Of a DNA stretch of 64,000 nucleotides, positions 30,953 to 40,029 are shown piece after piece. The notes under the pieces were generated by a model. It saw only the letters and a program-made list of their open reading frames with translations. It did no database searches and was not told the origin of the DNA. How positions within the stretch are numbered: position 1 is the first letter of the stretch; every line of letters starts with the position of its first letter. Origin of the DNA: Nostoc sp. DedSLP01 (lineage in GTDB: Bacteria > Cyanobacteriota > Cyanobacteriia > Cyanobacteriales > Nostocaceae); assembly GCA_034530875.2 (NCBI GenBank), contig JAVRCJ020000001.1:224001-288000 (forward strand), written 5' to 3'. Position numbers and translations under genes: made by a program.

Positions 30953-31798
30953 ATGCGGGCTTTTAATATGCACCTCACAGAAGAACAGTTATTAATTTAC
31001 AAAAATCAAGGATTTCTCGTATTACCAGAATATTTTTCTCGCGGTGAAATTGAAGCGATGAAAGCAGAATTATCTAGTTTATCAGCAGATAACTCACCCA
31101 AAAAAGTTCTGGAAAAAGATGGTAAAACTGTACGTTCACTGCATGGTTCGCATACAACAAATGATGTTTTTAATCGCCTAACACGACATCCGTTTATTGT
31201 TGAACCTGCAATGCAAATAGTTGGGAGTCAAGTTTATATATATCAATTTAAAATTAATCTTAAAGCTGCATTTAGTGGCGATATTTGGAAGTGGCATCAA
31301 GACTACATCTATTGGCGTAAAGAAGATGGAATGCCAAGACCGCAAGTAGTCAATGCCATGTGTTTATTAGATGATATGAACGAATTTAATGGGCCGCTAT
31401 TTTTGATTCCTGGTTCTCATAAAGAAGAGATGATTGATGTTACGGCTCATAGTTCTAATGAAAGTCAGGGATGGATATCGAGTTTTAGTGCTAATTTGAA
31501 GTATTCTCTCAACCAGAAATTAATTACTGATTTAGTATCAAAATATGGAATTACTTTTATCAAAGCTGCGGCAGGTTCATTAGTGTTTTTTGATAGTAAT
31601 ATTGTCCACGCTTCTAGCAATAATATATCACCTTTTGGACGTTCAACAGTAATTATTACTTATAATAGTATTGAAAATATTCCTTCTCCAACTATAAACC
31701 CACGACCACATTTTCTTGTTAGTCAAGATTATCGACCTGTTATTCCTTTAGCATCTGATATGTTATCTCAGCTTTCTAGCCAGGGCAACTGTATATAA
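30953..31798 (+). CDS. Fe(II)/2-oxoglutarate dioxygenase (PhyH/EctD family), probable L-proline 4-hydroxylase
   Basis: LEKDGKTVR, QFKINLKAAFSGDIWKWHQDYIYWRKEDGM, NGPLFLIPGSH, IVHAS, TYN: HxD...H triad; resembles, from memory, Dactylosporangium proline trans-4-hydroxylase. Confidence 0.8.
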   Translation: MRAFNMHLTEEQLLIYKNQGFLVLPEYFSRGEIEAMKAELSSLSADNSPKKVLEKDGKTVRSLHGSHTTNDVFNRLTRHPFIVEPAMQIVGSQVYIYQFKINLKAAFSGDIWKWHQDYIYWRKEDGMPRPQVVNAMCLLDDMNEFNGPLFLIPGSHKEEMIDVTAHSSNESQGWISSFSANLKYSLNQKLITDLVSKYGITFIKAAAGSLVFFDSNIVHASSNNISPFGRSTVIITYNSIENIPSPTINPRPHFLVSQDYRPVIPLASDMLSQLSSQGNCI

Positions 31799-31850
31799 AT
31801 ATTGATGTGTATAACAAAGCAAGAGGCTTGATAAACTTCAGTTCTCCATC

Positions 31851-32081
31851 TCAAGTTCTCACAGTACGACTAAAGTTGTTTACTTGGTTAATAACGGCTA
31901 AATCAACATCCGTCATATTGTGCTGAATCCAGATTTTGCTATCTTTAATATCTATATGAATAAAACAGTTATAAATACGTGCCATCTTTTTCCAACCTAT
32001 ATCTATTAACTGATAATGGTCATGTTCTGTATCAAAAACTAGCTGAGACTCAACGTTAGTGTTTCTCTCATCTAATACCAA
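31851..32081 (-). pseudogene. xisI: Truncated XisI-family protein
   Basis: QLVFDTEHDHYQLIDIGW...CFIHIDIKDSKIWIQHNMTDVDLA; both ends of the family sequence missing; no xisH seen. Confidence 0.75.
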
Positions 32082-32487
32082 TTTTATATTTGGAGTTTAG
32101 ACTAGACAGTAAGAAAAGACCCAGCAGGGCTGAGTTGAAGAAAAACGGGTACATCTCTGCCATTTCTTCGAGGGTTTTTAGTTCTTTTTCAACCCATTTA
32201 GTACACATTAATAAATCTCCGAAAATTCATCAAAATAGGATTAATATTTATAGTGGCGACTCAAAGGTGAATCGCCTTTGCCGCATGACAGCACCAGGGC
32301 GAACGCAACAGCGTGAAGGCCCCTACAAGAGTCCACCAGATAGAAATTAAGATTGCCCATTGAGTTGCAAGAAGTCATTTTAGTCACTATCTAAGTTGTT
32401 TTGTTCGTATCGATGACTTCATCATTGTTGAATCATTCTTAATTTCCATTAGGAGACACTGTGATTTGAAATAAAAAATCTAAACCT

Positions 32488-32730
32488 ATGACTCCTGTGG
32501 TACAGCAATTCCCAAAAATTTCTGGTTATACCTTGGTTGAGCAGCTGTATCTAGGTTCCAGAAAGGCTGTCTATCGAGGAGTGCAAACTTCGCAGCAATG
32601 TCCGGTGGTAATTAAGACACTGCGGCACGAATATCCCAGCTTCAGTGAATTGGTGCAGTTTCGCAATCAGTATGCGATCGCTACCATGAAATTTATCAAA
32701 TTATTAGAGCAAACTTCGTTATCTTTTTAA
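32488..32730 (+). pseudogene. N-terminal remnant of a giant Ser/Thr kinase
   Basis: GYTLVEQLY...VYRG...PVVIKTLRHEYPSFSELVQFRNQYAIA, then similarity is lost at a HIP1 site. Confidence 0.8.
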
Positions 32731-32903
32731 AAGACATAAATCCCTCGTAAGTCAGAGACGCATTCTGTGGGTTGGTAGATGATTTTTTAATTTTACTCCA
32801 CTATTCTAATTAATCAAATTGTGAGATAAATCCCAAAAATTATGGTTTTTATCTTAAACAAGATTATTTCCAACCTATAAACAAAGAATTCCGAAATAAG
32901 AAT

Positions 32904-33371
32904 ATGAACAAATCTAATAAAGCTAACAATAAGTTAATTCAAAATCAAAAAGGTACTGAAACTAATATGGCTTCATCATCTGACGAAACTAAAGATATCC
33001 CTAAAACAATTAATATAGATGGTCAGCGTCCAGTCGATCCAAGTAACATTGACATTAAAGAAACAATTGATATAGATGGGCAACGACCGATTGTGAAAGA
33101 TGAAAATAATTCTGATGAAACAATTGATATAGATGGTCATCGGCCGATCGCTAAGAGCGCTTTTGAAGACTATGACAAGCTAAATGTAGATGGCAAACGT
33201 CCAATTGACCCTAGCGATTTAGAGGTTGGGGCTATTCTTGATATAGATGGTCAACGTCCCATCGCTAAGAGTAATTTTCAAGTTGAAGATACTTTAGAAA
33301 TAGATGGTAACCGCCCAATAGTTTCAAATAACCCTGTTGATTCGCAAATCCCAATGGATTATTTAGAATAA
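32904..33371 (+). CDS. Acidic hypothetical protein with six (I/L)x(I/V)DGxRP(I/V) repeats
   Basis: INIDGQRPV, IDIDGQRPI, IDIDGHRPI, LNVDGKRPI, LDIDGQRPI, LEIDGNRPI at ~20-aa spacing. Confidence 0.8.
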   Translation: MNKSNKANNKLIQNQKGTETNMASSSDETKDIPKTINIDGQRPVDPSNIDIKETIDIDGQRPIVKDENNSDETIDIDGHRPIAKSAFEDYDKLNVDGKRPIDPSDLEVGAILDIDGQRPIAKSNFQVEDTLEIDGNRPIVSNNPVDSQIPMDYLE

Positions 33372-33381
33372 AACCAGGAAC

Positions 33382-34083
33382 TTAAAAAGAAATTACTTTG
33401 CGATCGCGCAAAAATTTACCATTTATATTGCGTGGAGCATCAGTAGCCAACCAGATTGCAGTATCGGCTCCTTGTTCTGGGGAACGTGGCGCTGATGAAC
33501 CACCCATATCCGTTTTCACCCACCCCGGACAAATAGCATTGACAACGATTCCTTGGGAGTGCAAAGCTTGTGCCAGCATAATTGTCGCCCCATTTAATGC
33601 CAGCTTCGATAGGCAGTAACTTGGAACATCCCAAGACAAGCCTTCTAATGCTCCATAACCGCTAGAAACATTAATAACTCTCGCATCTGGCGATTTTTCC
33701 AATAGGGGTAAAAATGCCTGCACCATCCGAATTGGGCCAAACGTGTTGGCGTTCATTGTAGAATCAAGCAACTCGCGGTCAATGGTGAGAATATTTACAT
33801 CTTTGTCTGGATAGACGCCGGCATTATTAATCAAAACATCCAAGCGATCGCTATTTTGGTGTACGGTTTTAACTGCTGCTGCGATAGAGCGATCGTCACT
33901 GACATCTAATTCGATGGGAGTTACTTTTCCTTGTAGTTTATTTGCCGCTTCTTTGGCGTTATCAAGCGATCGCGAAGTAATAATTACTTCATAGTTTTTT
34001 GTCAGTAGACCTTGGGCGATCGCAAATCCAATCCCTCGGTTACCACCAGTAACTAATGCCCGTTTATTTTGTCTAGATTCCAT
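33382..34083 (-). CDS. SDR family NAD(P)-dependent oxidoreductase (carbonyl reductase-like)
   Basis: TGGNRGIG, NNAG, VSS, YCLSK, CPGWVKTDMGG. Confidence 0.93.
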   Translation of the reverse strand: MESRQNKRALVTGGNRGIGFAIAQGLLTKNYEVIITSRSLDNAKEAANKLQGKVTPIELDVSDDRSIAAAVKTVHQNSDRLDVLINNAGVYPDKDVNILTIDRELLDSTMNANTFGPIRMVQAFLPLLEKSPDARVINVSSGYGALEGLSWDVPSYCLSKLALNGATIMLAQALHSQGIVVNAICPGWVKTDMGGSSAPRSPEQGADTAIWLATDAPRNINGKFLRDRKVISF

Positions 34084-34297
34084 CTGATTTTTAACCTTTG
34101 GTCAAGGATGCTGCGCTGGAAATTTGAAGATTTATCAACTTTTTCAGAGTTGCTGATAAAGGAAAGTATTTAGTGGGAATTGTCCTCATTATCAGGTTTT
34201 TACATGATTTTTATGATATAAAATATTATCTGAAGGTAGATACTTAGCTCAAATTATATTGAGTTATGAAAACTTCGCTCATTTCAATAGTTAAAAC

Positions 34298-35242
34298 TTG
34301 ATAATGAATATTGAATTTATCCGTTTGAAAAACATTAAAGTACAACAAAATAATATATTAGAAGAAATTTTTCATTTAGCCTCGAATCCTAATTACAATC
34401 CAAGTGAAATAAAACAACTACATCAGACTTTAATTACAAAAGCTACAATAATTGAAAAAATATGTACTCAGCAGCAAGCAAAACCAGCAAATCTAACTCA
34501 TCAATCTCGGAAAATATACTCCTGGATAAAATTTTTGACAGATGAATCTTATCTACAACTCCATCTGCAAAATACTCGCTATTTGCTAGAAACTGCTAAA
34601 CATCTTCTGAGTATACGCCAACAACCACTGCAATTAAAGATTGGAATAACTAATTTATCTGGGCTATATCAGGGTAAAAGGTCTGCCACAGCAGCTAATA
34701 TTATGATTAGTGAAGGTTTTATAAATGCACCAAATGCAGTATTAGAAGCATTAATGGAATCTGCTCTTTTTGGTAAGAGTCTACAGAATACACAACTTAT
34801 TAGGTCATTTGCTAGTACAGAAGAATACAGCAATGTTTTGTTAGAGCTTGATTTAATTGCCGAGGTAGTGGCAGAAAATCCACAAGGCAAATTTTATAAT
34901 CTCGATGAATTATTTGATAAAGTCAATCATGAATATTTTGCTTCCAGTTTAACCAAACCGCGTCTTGCATGGAGTCGAATTAATACGTACCGGAAATTAG
35001 GACATTATGAATCAGCTAGAGATAGGGTAGTAATCAGCTTAACTCTCGATAATGCTAAAGTACCTGGGTTTGTAGTTGAATTTATCTTATATCACGAATT
35101 GTTGCACAAGTACCACGGCACGAAATGGGTTGAAGGAAGAAGAATGGTTCATACTAAAGAGTTCCGTGCCAGCGAAAGTAAGTTTAAATTTTATAGGGAA
35201 GCATCAACATGGTTGACAAAATTAACATCTGTTTGTAATTAA
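34298..35242 (+). CDS. SprT/YgjP(DUF45)-like zinc metallopeptidase-domain protein
   Basis: LFDKVNHEYF, LGHY, YHELLH zincin motif, HTKEFR; start uncertain. Confidence 0.8.
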   Translation: MIMNIEFIRLKNIKVQQNNILEEIFHLASNPNYNPSEIKQLHQTLITKATIIEKICTQQQAKPANLTHQSRKIYSWIKFLTDESYLQLHLQNTRYLLETAKHLLSIRQQPLQLKIGITNLSGLYQGKRSATAANIMISEGFINAPNAVLEALMESALFGKSLQNTQLIRSFASTEEYSNVLLELDLIAEVVAENPQGKFYNLDELFDKVNHEYFASSLTKPRLAWSRINTYRKLGHYESARDRVVISLTLDNAKVPGFVVEFILYHELLHKYHGTKWVEGRRMVHTKEFRASESKFKFYREASTWLTKLTSVCN

Positions 35243-35301
35243 AAACAGTTTATAAGTCGCGATCTGGAAAGCGATCGCAACCAAAATAACAAGCAAATAA
35301 T

Positions 35302-35991
35302 ATGACAGAATTATCTGATGAACTCATACAAATCTGGTTGCAAGATGGACAGCGTATCAGCGAACGCTATAGCGAACTAGTGCTAAAAGAAGGAATTTCA
35401 TCAGCTAAAAGTCTTGGTGAGAGAGAAGCAGAAAGAAATTTTCAATTTTTTGAAAAACTCTTTGAAGGTGTAGTAATAGAGCCAAATGATTCGGTATTGG
35501 ATATCGGTTGTGGTAAAGGAGAACTGCTGGATTATTTAACGTTGCAGTTGCTAGATATCAATAATTTAAACTATTTAGGTATCGATATCGTTCCTGCTTT
35601 TCTATCAGCAGCTAAACAGAGATTTCCTTTAAAAACTTTTGAAAACTATAATTTTATTCATCCCTCATTTGTTCCAGAAAAACAATTTGATATTGTGCTA
35701 GCTTTGGGAGTATTAGTTACCAGAGTCAGAGAATATAACTTATTTTTTGAGTATTTTGTCAGAAAAATGGTCAAGTGCGCCAGAAAGTATGTTGTGTTTA
35801 ACATCATCTCTGAAATTGAAGTTACTTCTGGTAATTATTCACAGCCAAACGCTGTTGGGCACTCTACAGTTTTGAGTGCCGAAATTTTAGAATCAATAAT
35901 TAATAGCCTTGATTGTAAAGACTGGAGAAAACAACATTATAAAATTTTTCCAGATGCAACCGATATGTTTGTATGCATTCAATTACAGTAG
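35302..35991 (+). CDS. Class I SAM-dependent methyltransferase
   Basis: VLDIGCGKG, YLGIDI, FDIVLALG. Confidence 0.85.
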   Translation: MTELSDELIQIWLQDGQRISERYSELVLKEGISSAKSLGEREAERNFQFFEKLFEGVVIEPNDSVLDIGCGKGELLDYLTLQLLDINNLNYLGIDIVPAFLSAAKQRFPLKTFENYNFIHPSFVPEKQFDIVLALGVLVTRVREYNLFFEYFVRKMVKCARKYVVFNIISEIEVTSGNYSQPNAVGHSTVLSAEILESIINSLDCKDWRKQHYKIFPDATDMFVCIQLQ

Positions 35992-36040
35992 GTTGGAATT
36001 AGAGCGAACAACTAACTGGAGATGGTCAAAATTAAGTGCG

Positions 36041-36775
36041 CTATTTAAAACTGATGCTATATGCAGCGCGAACGAAAGCTTGAAAAATTCTTTGATTACC
36101 AGGCTCAACAGTTGAAAGCTCAGGATGCCATTGTACGCCAATTGCCCAAGGATGATCTTCGTGTTCCACAGCTTCAATGACTCCATCATCCAAAGCATGA
36201 CCAACAACCCGCCAACCGGATGGTACTCGATCGACTGCTTGATGATGCCAAGAAACTACTGAGATATGAGAATTCTGCAAACACTCAGCTAAACGGCTTT
36301 TTACATCTATTTTGACGGGATGTTCTGTAGGTAAACGTCTTCCCAGTTCAGGTTCTAGACGGTGTAACGCACAAGTACCGTAAATATCTGGAATGTGAGG
36401 AATTAGAGTACCCCCACAGGTGACCATGAGAATTTGTAAACCCCGACAAATACCCAAAATCGGCAAATGCTCTTCGAGAGCATACTTAGCAAGCTGCAAT
36501 TCAAAAGCATCGCGTTCTTTATCGACACCATAAATAGTCGGATGAGCAAAGCCGTTGTAGCAAACAGGGTCAATATCTCCACCACCGGAAATGATTAAAC
36601 CATCCAAAGGATCTAGAAGTGTGGCAGGCTCATTTTCTCCTGGCGGCAATAATATGGGAATGCCGCCTGCCGCACGGACTGCATCTATATATTCACTTGG
36701 CAAAGAAAATGGCAATGCCGCTTGCCGACCGTAAGTTGTAATGCCAATCAATGCTTTTCGAGATTTTCTAACCAT
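36041..36775 (-). CDS. Gamma-glutamyl-gamma-aminobutyrate hydrolase family (peptidase C26, PuuD-like)
   Basis: GGGDIDP, RDAFE, LGICRGLQ, HHQAV, VQWHPE. Confidence 0.92.
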   Translation of the reverse strand: MVRKSRKALIGITTYGRQAALPFSLPSEYIDAVRAAGGIPILLPPGENEPATLLDPLDGLIISGGGDIDPVCYNGFAHPTIYGVDKERDAFELQLAKYALEEHLPILGICRGLQILMVTCGGTLIPHIPDIYGTCALHRLEPELGRRLPTEHPVKIDVKSRLAECLQNSHISVVSWHHQAVDRVPSGWRVVGHALDDGVIEAVEHEDHPWAIGVQWHPELSTVEPGNQRIFQAFVRAAYSISFK

Positions 36776-37035
36776 CTTGATACTTTTTACAAACTCGAAC
36801 GATAATTTTTTTGTCTATATTACGACTCCTTCTTCTCAAGTCCACTGTAGCAAAGTCTACCAATTACAGCGATCGCTCAGTTCTTTTAACATCCCTGCTA
36901 GCTTGAAAGAGCAGGGGAAGCACGGGGAGAAAGATACTTTCATTCAAGGCTTGTGAAACTTGTTTCATTGGGACTGCCCCCTGCCTCCTGCCCCCTGCTA
37001 TACAGTAAAATATTAGTAGCAATTGTGAGGTCGCT

Positions 37036-37749
37036 ATGACGGCTGAAAATCGCCTGCTTGCTGCTATGCCTCAAGCTTTATCTGAAAAACTCGCCCCTGA
37101 CCTGAAACGAGTTGTACTGCAAAGAGGCGATCGCCTGCATGACCCAGGTGAAACAATCTATCACCTCTACTTTCCTCTAGATTGCGTTCTTTCAATCACC
37201 ATCGCTATGCGAGATGGCACAACTGCTGAAACGGGGTTGGTTGGCAGGCGCGAAGTGATTGGTATCAACGCTTTTATGGGAGGTAAAGAAACCACGCAAA
37301 CCACGTATATCGTGCAGATTCCGGGTAATGCTATGAAGATCGATGCTCAGATTTTGCGTCAAGAGTTCGATCGCAACAAAGACCTGCGCGACGTGATGCT
37401 GCGCTACACTCAAGCCTTTATTGCCCAAATTTCCCAAACTACTGCCTGCAACAGCCTCCACAAGATAGAACAGCGCTTGGCACGTTGGCTGTTGGAAGTG
37501 CATGACCGAGTTGAGGCGGACAAACTAGACCTGACACAAGATTTGATGGCAGATATGCTGGGGGTGCGTCGTGCCGGGGTGACCCAAACAGCCCAAAAGC
37601 TTCAGGAGAGTGGTTTGATTAATTACCATCGCGGTCACATCCATATCCTGAATCGCCCCGGGTTAGAAGCTTTCGCCTGCGAGTGTTTTCATACGGTCAG
37701 AGATGAATACGATCGCTTGCTGGGAAAAGATTCTATAAGACTACCGTGA
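37036..37749 (+). CDS. Crp/Fnr family transcriptional regulator (copy 1)
   Basis: cNMP-binding-like N-terminus, ACNSLH..EQRLARWLL, HTH LTQDLMADMLGVRRAGVT, ACECF. Confidence 0.92.
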   Translation: MTAENRLLAAMPQALSEKLAPDLKRVVLQRGDRLHDPGETIYHLYFPLDCVLSITIAMRDGTTAETGLVGRREVIGINAFMGGKETTQTTYIVQIPGNAMKIDAQILRQEFDRNKDLRDVMLRYTQAFIAQISQTTACNSLHKIEQRLARWLLEVHDRVEADKLDLTQDLMADMLGVRRAGVTQTAQKLQESGLINYHRGHIHILNRPGLEAFACECFHTVRDEYDRLLGKDSIRLP

Positions 37750-37779
37750 AGTTACTTTTTCAGGCAAAGCAGGCAAGAA

Positions 37780-38187
37780 ATGAGTCAGAAACCACCGAAA
37801 TTGACAACCATCTTGCTCGTCGAACCAGATGATATTGTGCGTCCGATTCTCAGAGATAACCTCCGCCGTTGGGGATATAACGTAATTGTGGCACTTGATG
37901 CAGCAGACGCGCTCCAACGAACTAGAGCTGGAGGAGAACCCTTTGACCTGATTTTGCTCAATCAATTCGGGCAGACCATCGACGAATTTGTTAATATTGG
38001 GCGTGACATTCGCCAACAAGCAGAACTTTCTAGCCGCATTCCCATTGTGATTATGGCTGAGAGATACGGAGTCGAGTTAGAAGGCCAAAATATCCTCTTA
38101 GGCGAAAGTGAGTATGTGACCTATCTAGAAGATGGGCAGCAGTTAAGAAATCTTCTGCATCAACTCTGCCCAGTTGAAAATAGTTGA
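37780..38187 (+). CDS. Atypical single-domain receiver (pseudo-receiver), Asp->Asn
   Basis: ILLVEPDD...FDLILLNQ...IPIVIMA; no phospho-acceptor Asp and no KP motif. Confidence 0.75.
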   Translation: MSQKPPKLTTILLVEPDDIVRPILRDNLRRWGYNVIVALDAADALQRTRAGGEPFDLILLNQFGQTIDEFVNIGRDIRQQAELSSRIPIVIMAERYGVELEGQNILLGESEYVTYLEDGQQLRNLLHQLCPVENS

Positions 38188-38226
38188 TACACTTTTAGCC
38201 CAGAATGTACTTAAGTTCGTTTTTGA

Positions 38227-38268
38227 GTACGAAACTGTACCGAACTCTTCTTCTGTAACTACTACTGT
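38227..38268 (+). promoter_or_regulatory. Crp/NtcA-type box GTACG-N4-TGTAC with -10 TACTGT 22 nt downstream
   Basis: GTA-N8-TAC at 38227-38240; TAN3T at 38263-38268, upstream of the receiver gene at 38380. Confidence 0.6.
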
Positions 38269-38379
38269 ATATATTGGGTTGATATTTAAACTCGCTGCTG
38301 CTTTCTTATGTTCTAAAAAAGCATCTATTGTTCGTTTTGTGTCACATTGTCCCTTCTAGCATAATAAATTGCTTCAGAT

Positions 38380-38817
38380 ATGTGTCATCCTGCCTTCCTG
38401 CGGAAAGGTTTACGAATACTGGTAGTGGATAGTAATTGTGATTCTTGTGCGCTACTAGTAGTATTGTTTGCTCAATATGGGATTAACACAACCACAGCAT
38501 TTTGCATCAGTGAAGCTCTTGAAATGATTCAACAAACTCCACCAGACCTGTTGATCGGCGAAATCATACTGCCCGATGGCGATGGATACTCGCTCATTCG
38601 TCAAGTGAAAGCCTTAGAAGCAACTTACGGCCTTGACATTCCAGCAATCGCACTGACTGTATGCGCTAAACAGAGCGATCGCAATCGCGCCCTCGCGGCT
38701 GGATTTTGCAGACACTTAACTAAACCAATAAACATCGACGAGTTAATTACAACAATTGCTTACATTACCGGGGAGGCTCAGCAATCTCAGCAAATGCCCG
38801 TCAATAGCAAGCTTTAA
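38380..38817 (+). CDS. Single-domain response regulator with Asp->Glu at the acceptor site
   Basis: LRILVVD, DLLIGEIILPDGDG, PAIALT, LTKP. Confidence 0.85.
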   Translation: MCHPAFLRKGLRILVVDSNCDSCALLVVLFAQYGINTTTAFCISEALEMIQQTPPDLLIGEIILPDGDGYSLIRQVKALEATYGLDIPAIALTVCAKQSDRNRALAAGFCRHLTKPINIDELITTIAYITGEAQQSQQMPVNSKL

Positions 38818-38832
38818 CCTTTCAAATAAAGC

Positions 38833-39576
38833 ATGTGTTCTATGGAGAGCCATTCTTTTAACCTTTCTGAGGCTTCCATGAACGCTAAAAATCAAATACT
38901 GGCTGCTCTAAGTGCTGATGTGCGCGATCGCCTTACGCCTCATCTGGTTCGTGTCACCTTAGCTCAGGGTGAGATAATTCATAGACCAGGTGATGTGTTG
39001 ATCCATCTTTATTTTCCCATTGACTGTCTATTTTCTATCACCATTACCATGCACGATGGTGCAACAGCAGAGGTGGGGATGGTTGGTAATCGGGAGGTGT
39101 TGGGCATTAATGCTTTTATGGGCAAAAGCGAAATCACCCAAACAGAATACGTCGTTCAAGTTGCAGGTAGCGCGATGAGAATTGATGCCCAGATACTGAG
39201 ACAGGAATTCGATCGCAATGGCGAACTGCACGACCTACTGCTGCGTTATACTCAGGCTTTTTTGGCGCAAGTATCCCAAACTGCGGCTTGTAACTCCCTC
39301 CACACCTTAGAACAACGCCTACCGCGTTGGCTGTTGGAAACACAAGAGCGAATCGGCTCTAATGAGTTAGCACTGACACAAGAGTTTATTTCCATAATGC
39401 TAGGTGTACGGCGGGCAGGAGTGACTCTAACAGCACAGAAACTGCAAGAGCGCAAACTCATCAAATATCGTCGGGGTCACGTCCAAATTGTCAACCAATC
39501 TGGGCTAGAAGCCTCGGCTTGTGAATGTTTCAGAACAATTAAAACTGAATACGATCGCTTGCTGGGGGAAACATAA
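38833..39576 (+). CDS. Crp/Fnr family transcriptional regulator (copy 2; start may be 38878)
   Basis: ACNSLHTLEQRL, LTQEFISIMLGVRRAGVT, ACECF. Confidence 0.92.
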   Translation: MCSMESHSFNLSEASMNAKNQILAALSADVRDRLTPHLVRVTLAQGEIIHRPGDVLIHLYFPIDCLFSITITMHDGATAEVGMVGNREVLGINAFMGKSEITQTEYVVQVAGSAMRIDAQILRQEFDRNGELHDLLLRYTQAFLAQVSQTAACNSLHTLEQRLPRWLLETQERIGSNELALTQEFISIMLGVRRAGVTLTAQKLQERKLIKYRRGHVQIVNQSGLEASACECFRTIKTEYDRLLGET

Positions 39577-39627
39577 CGATACAACTTATCGAGTTTTGCT
39601 TATCTATTATTCTCCCTAGCCAAAATT

Positions 39628-40029
39628 ATGAATCAGCTACGCACCACATCACCTTGTATTTTCGTTGTTGAACCCGATGACGATGTTCGGCCTGTGCTGA
39701 AGTATAACCTGCAAACTTGGGGCTATGAAGTAATTATCGCCGTTGATGAAGAGGATGCCATTCAACGCACCCAACGAGGACGCGATCGCTTTGACTTGAT
39801 TTTGTTGAACCAGGATGCGAAATCCATCGATGAAGCGATCGCGTTCGGAGCGCAAATTCGCCAAAGCACCCAACTGGACAGCTTCATACCAATTATTATT
39901 ATGGCCGAGAAGTATGGGGAAGATATGGAAGGGCAAAATATCCAGGTGGGCGACAATGAATATGTGACTTATCTAGAAGATGGGCAACAGTTGAAGAACA
40001 TCCTCTATCGCTTGTGTCCGATGTATTAA
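39628..40029 (+). CDS. Atypical receiver (pseudo-receiver), paralog of 37780-38187
   Basis: VVEPDDDVRP, FDLILLNQ, EYVTYLEDGQQL shared with 37780. Confidence 0.75.
   Translation: MNQLRTTSPCIFVVEPDDDVRPVLKYNLQTWGYEVIIAVDEEDAIQRTQRGRDRFDLILLNQDAKSIDEAIAFGAQIRQSTQLDSFIPIIIMAEKYGEDMEGQNIQVGDNEYVTYLEDGQQLKNILYRLCPMY

Noticed and set aside
30953..31798. Ectoine hydroxylase EctD call
   Set aside because: It has WxWHQDY rather than the EctD FxWHSDFETWH signature, and no ectABC genes are present; proline hydroxylase fits better.
31851..32081. Heterocyst excision element (xisHI/fdxN-type)
   Set aside because: Only a partial xisI is present, with no xisH, no intact recombinase and no interrupted nif/hup gene.
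32090..32350. 86-aa ORF or structured RNA after xisI
   Set aside because: No recognisable protein motif and only short hairpins; insufficient support.
6026..32730. Kinase fragments at 6026-8171 and 32488-32730 as halves of one rearranged gene
   Set aside because: The fragments are not contiguous in the protein, their order is reversed, and this kinase family has many paralogs.
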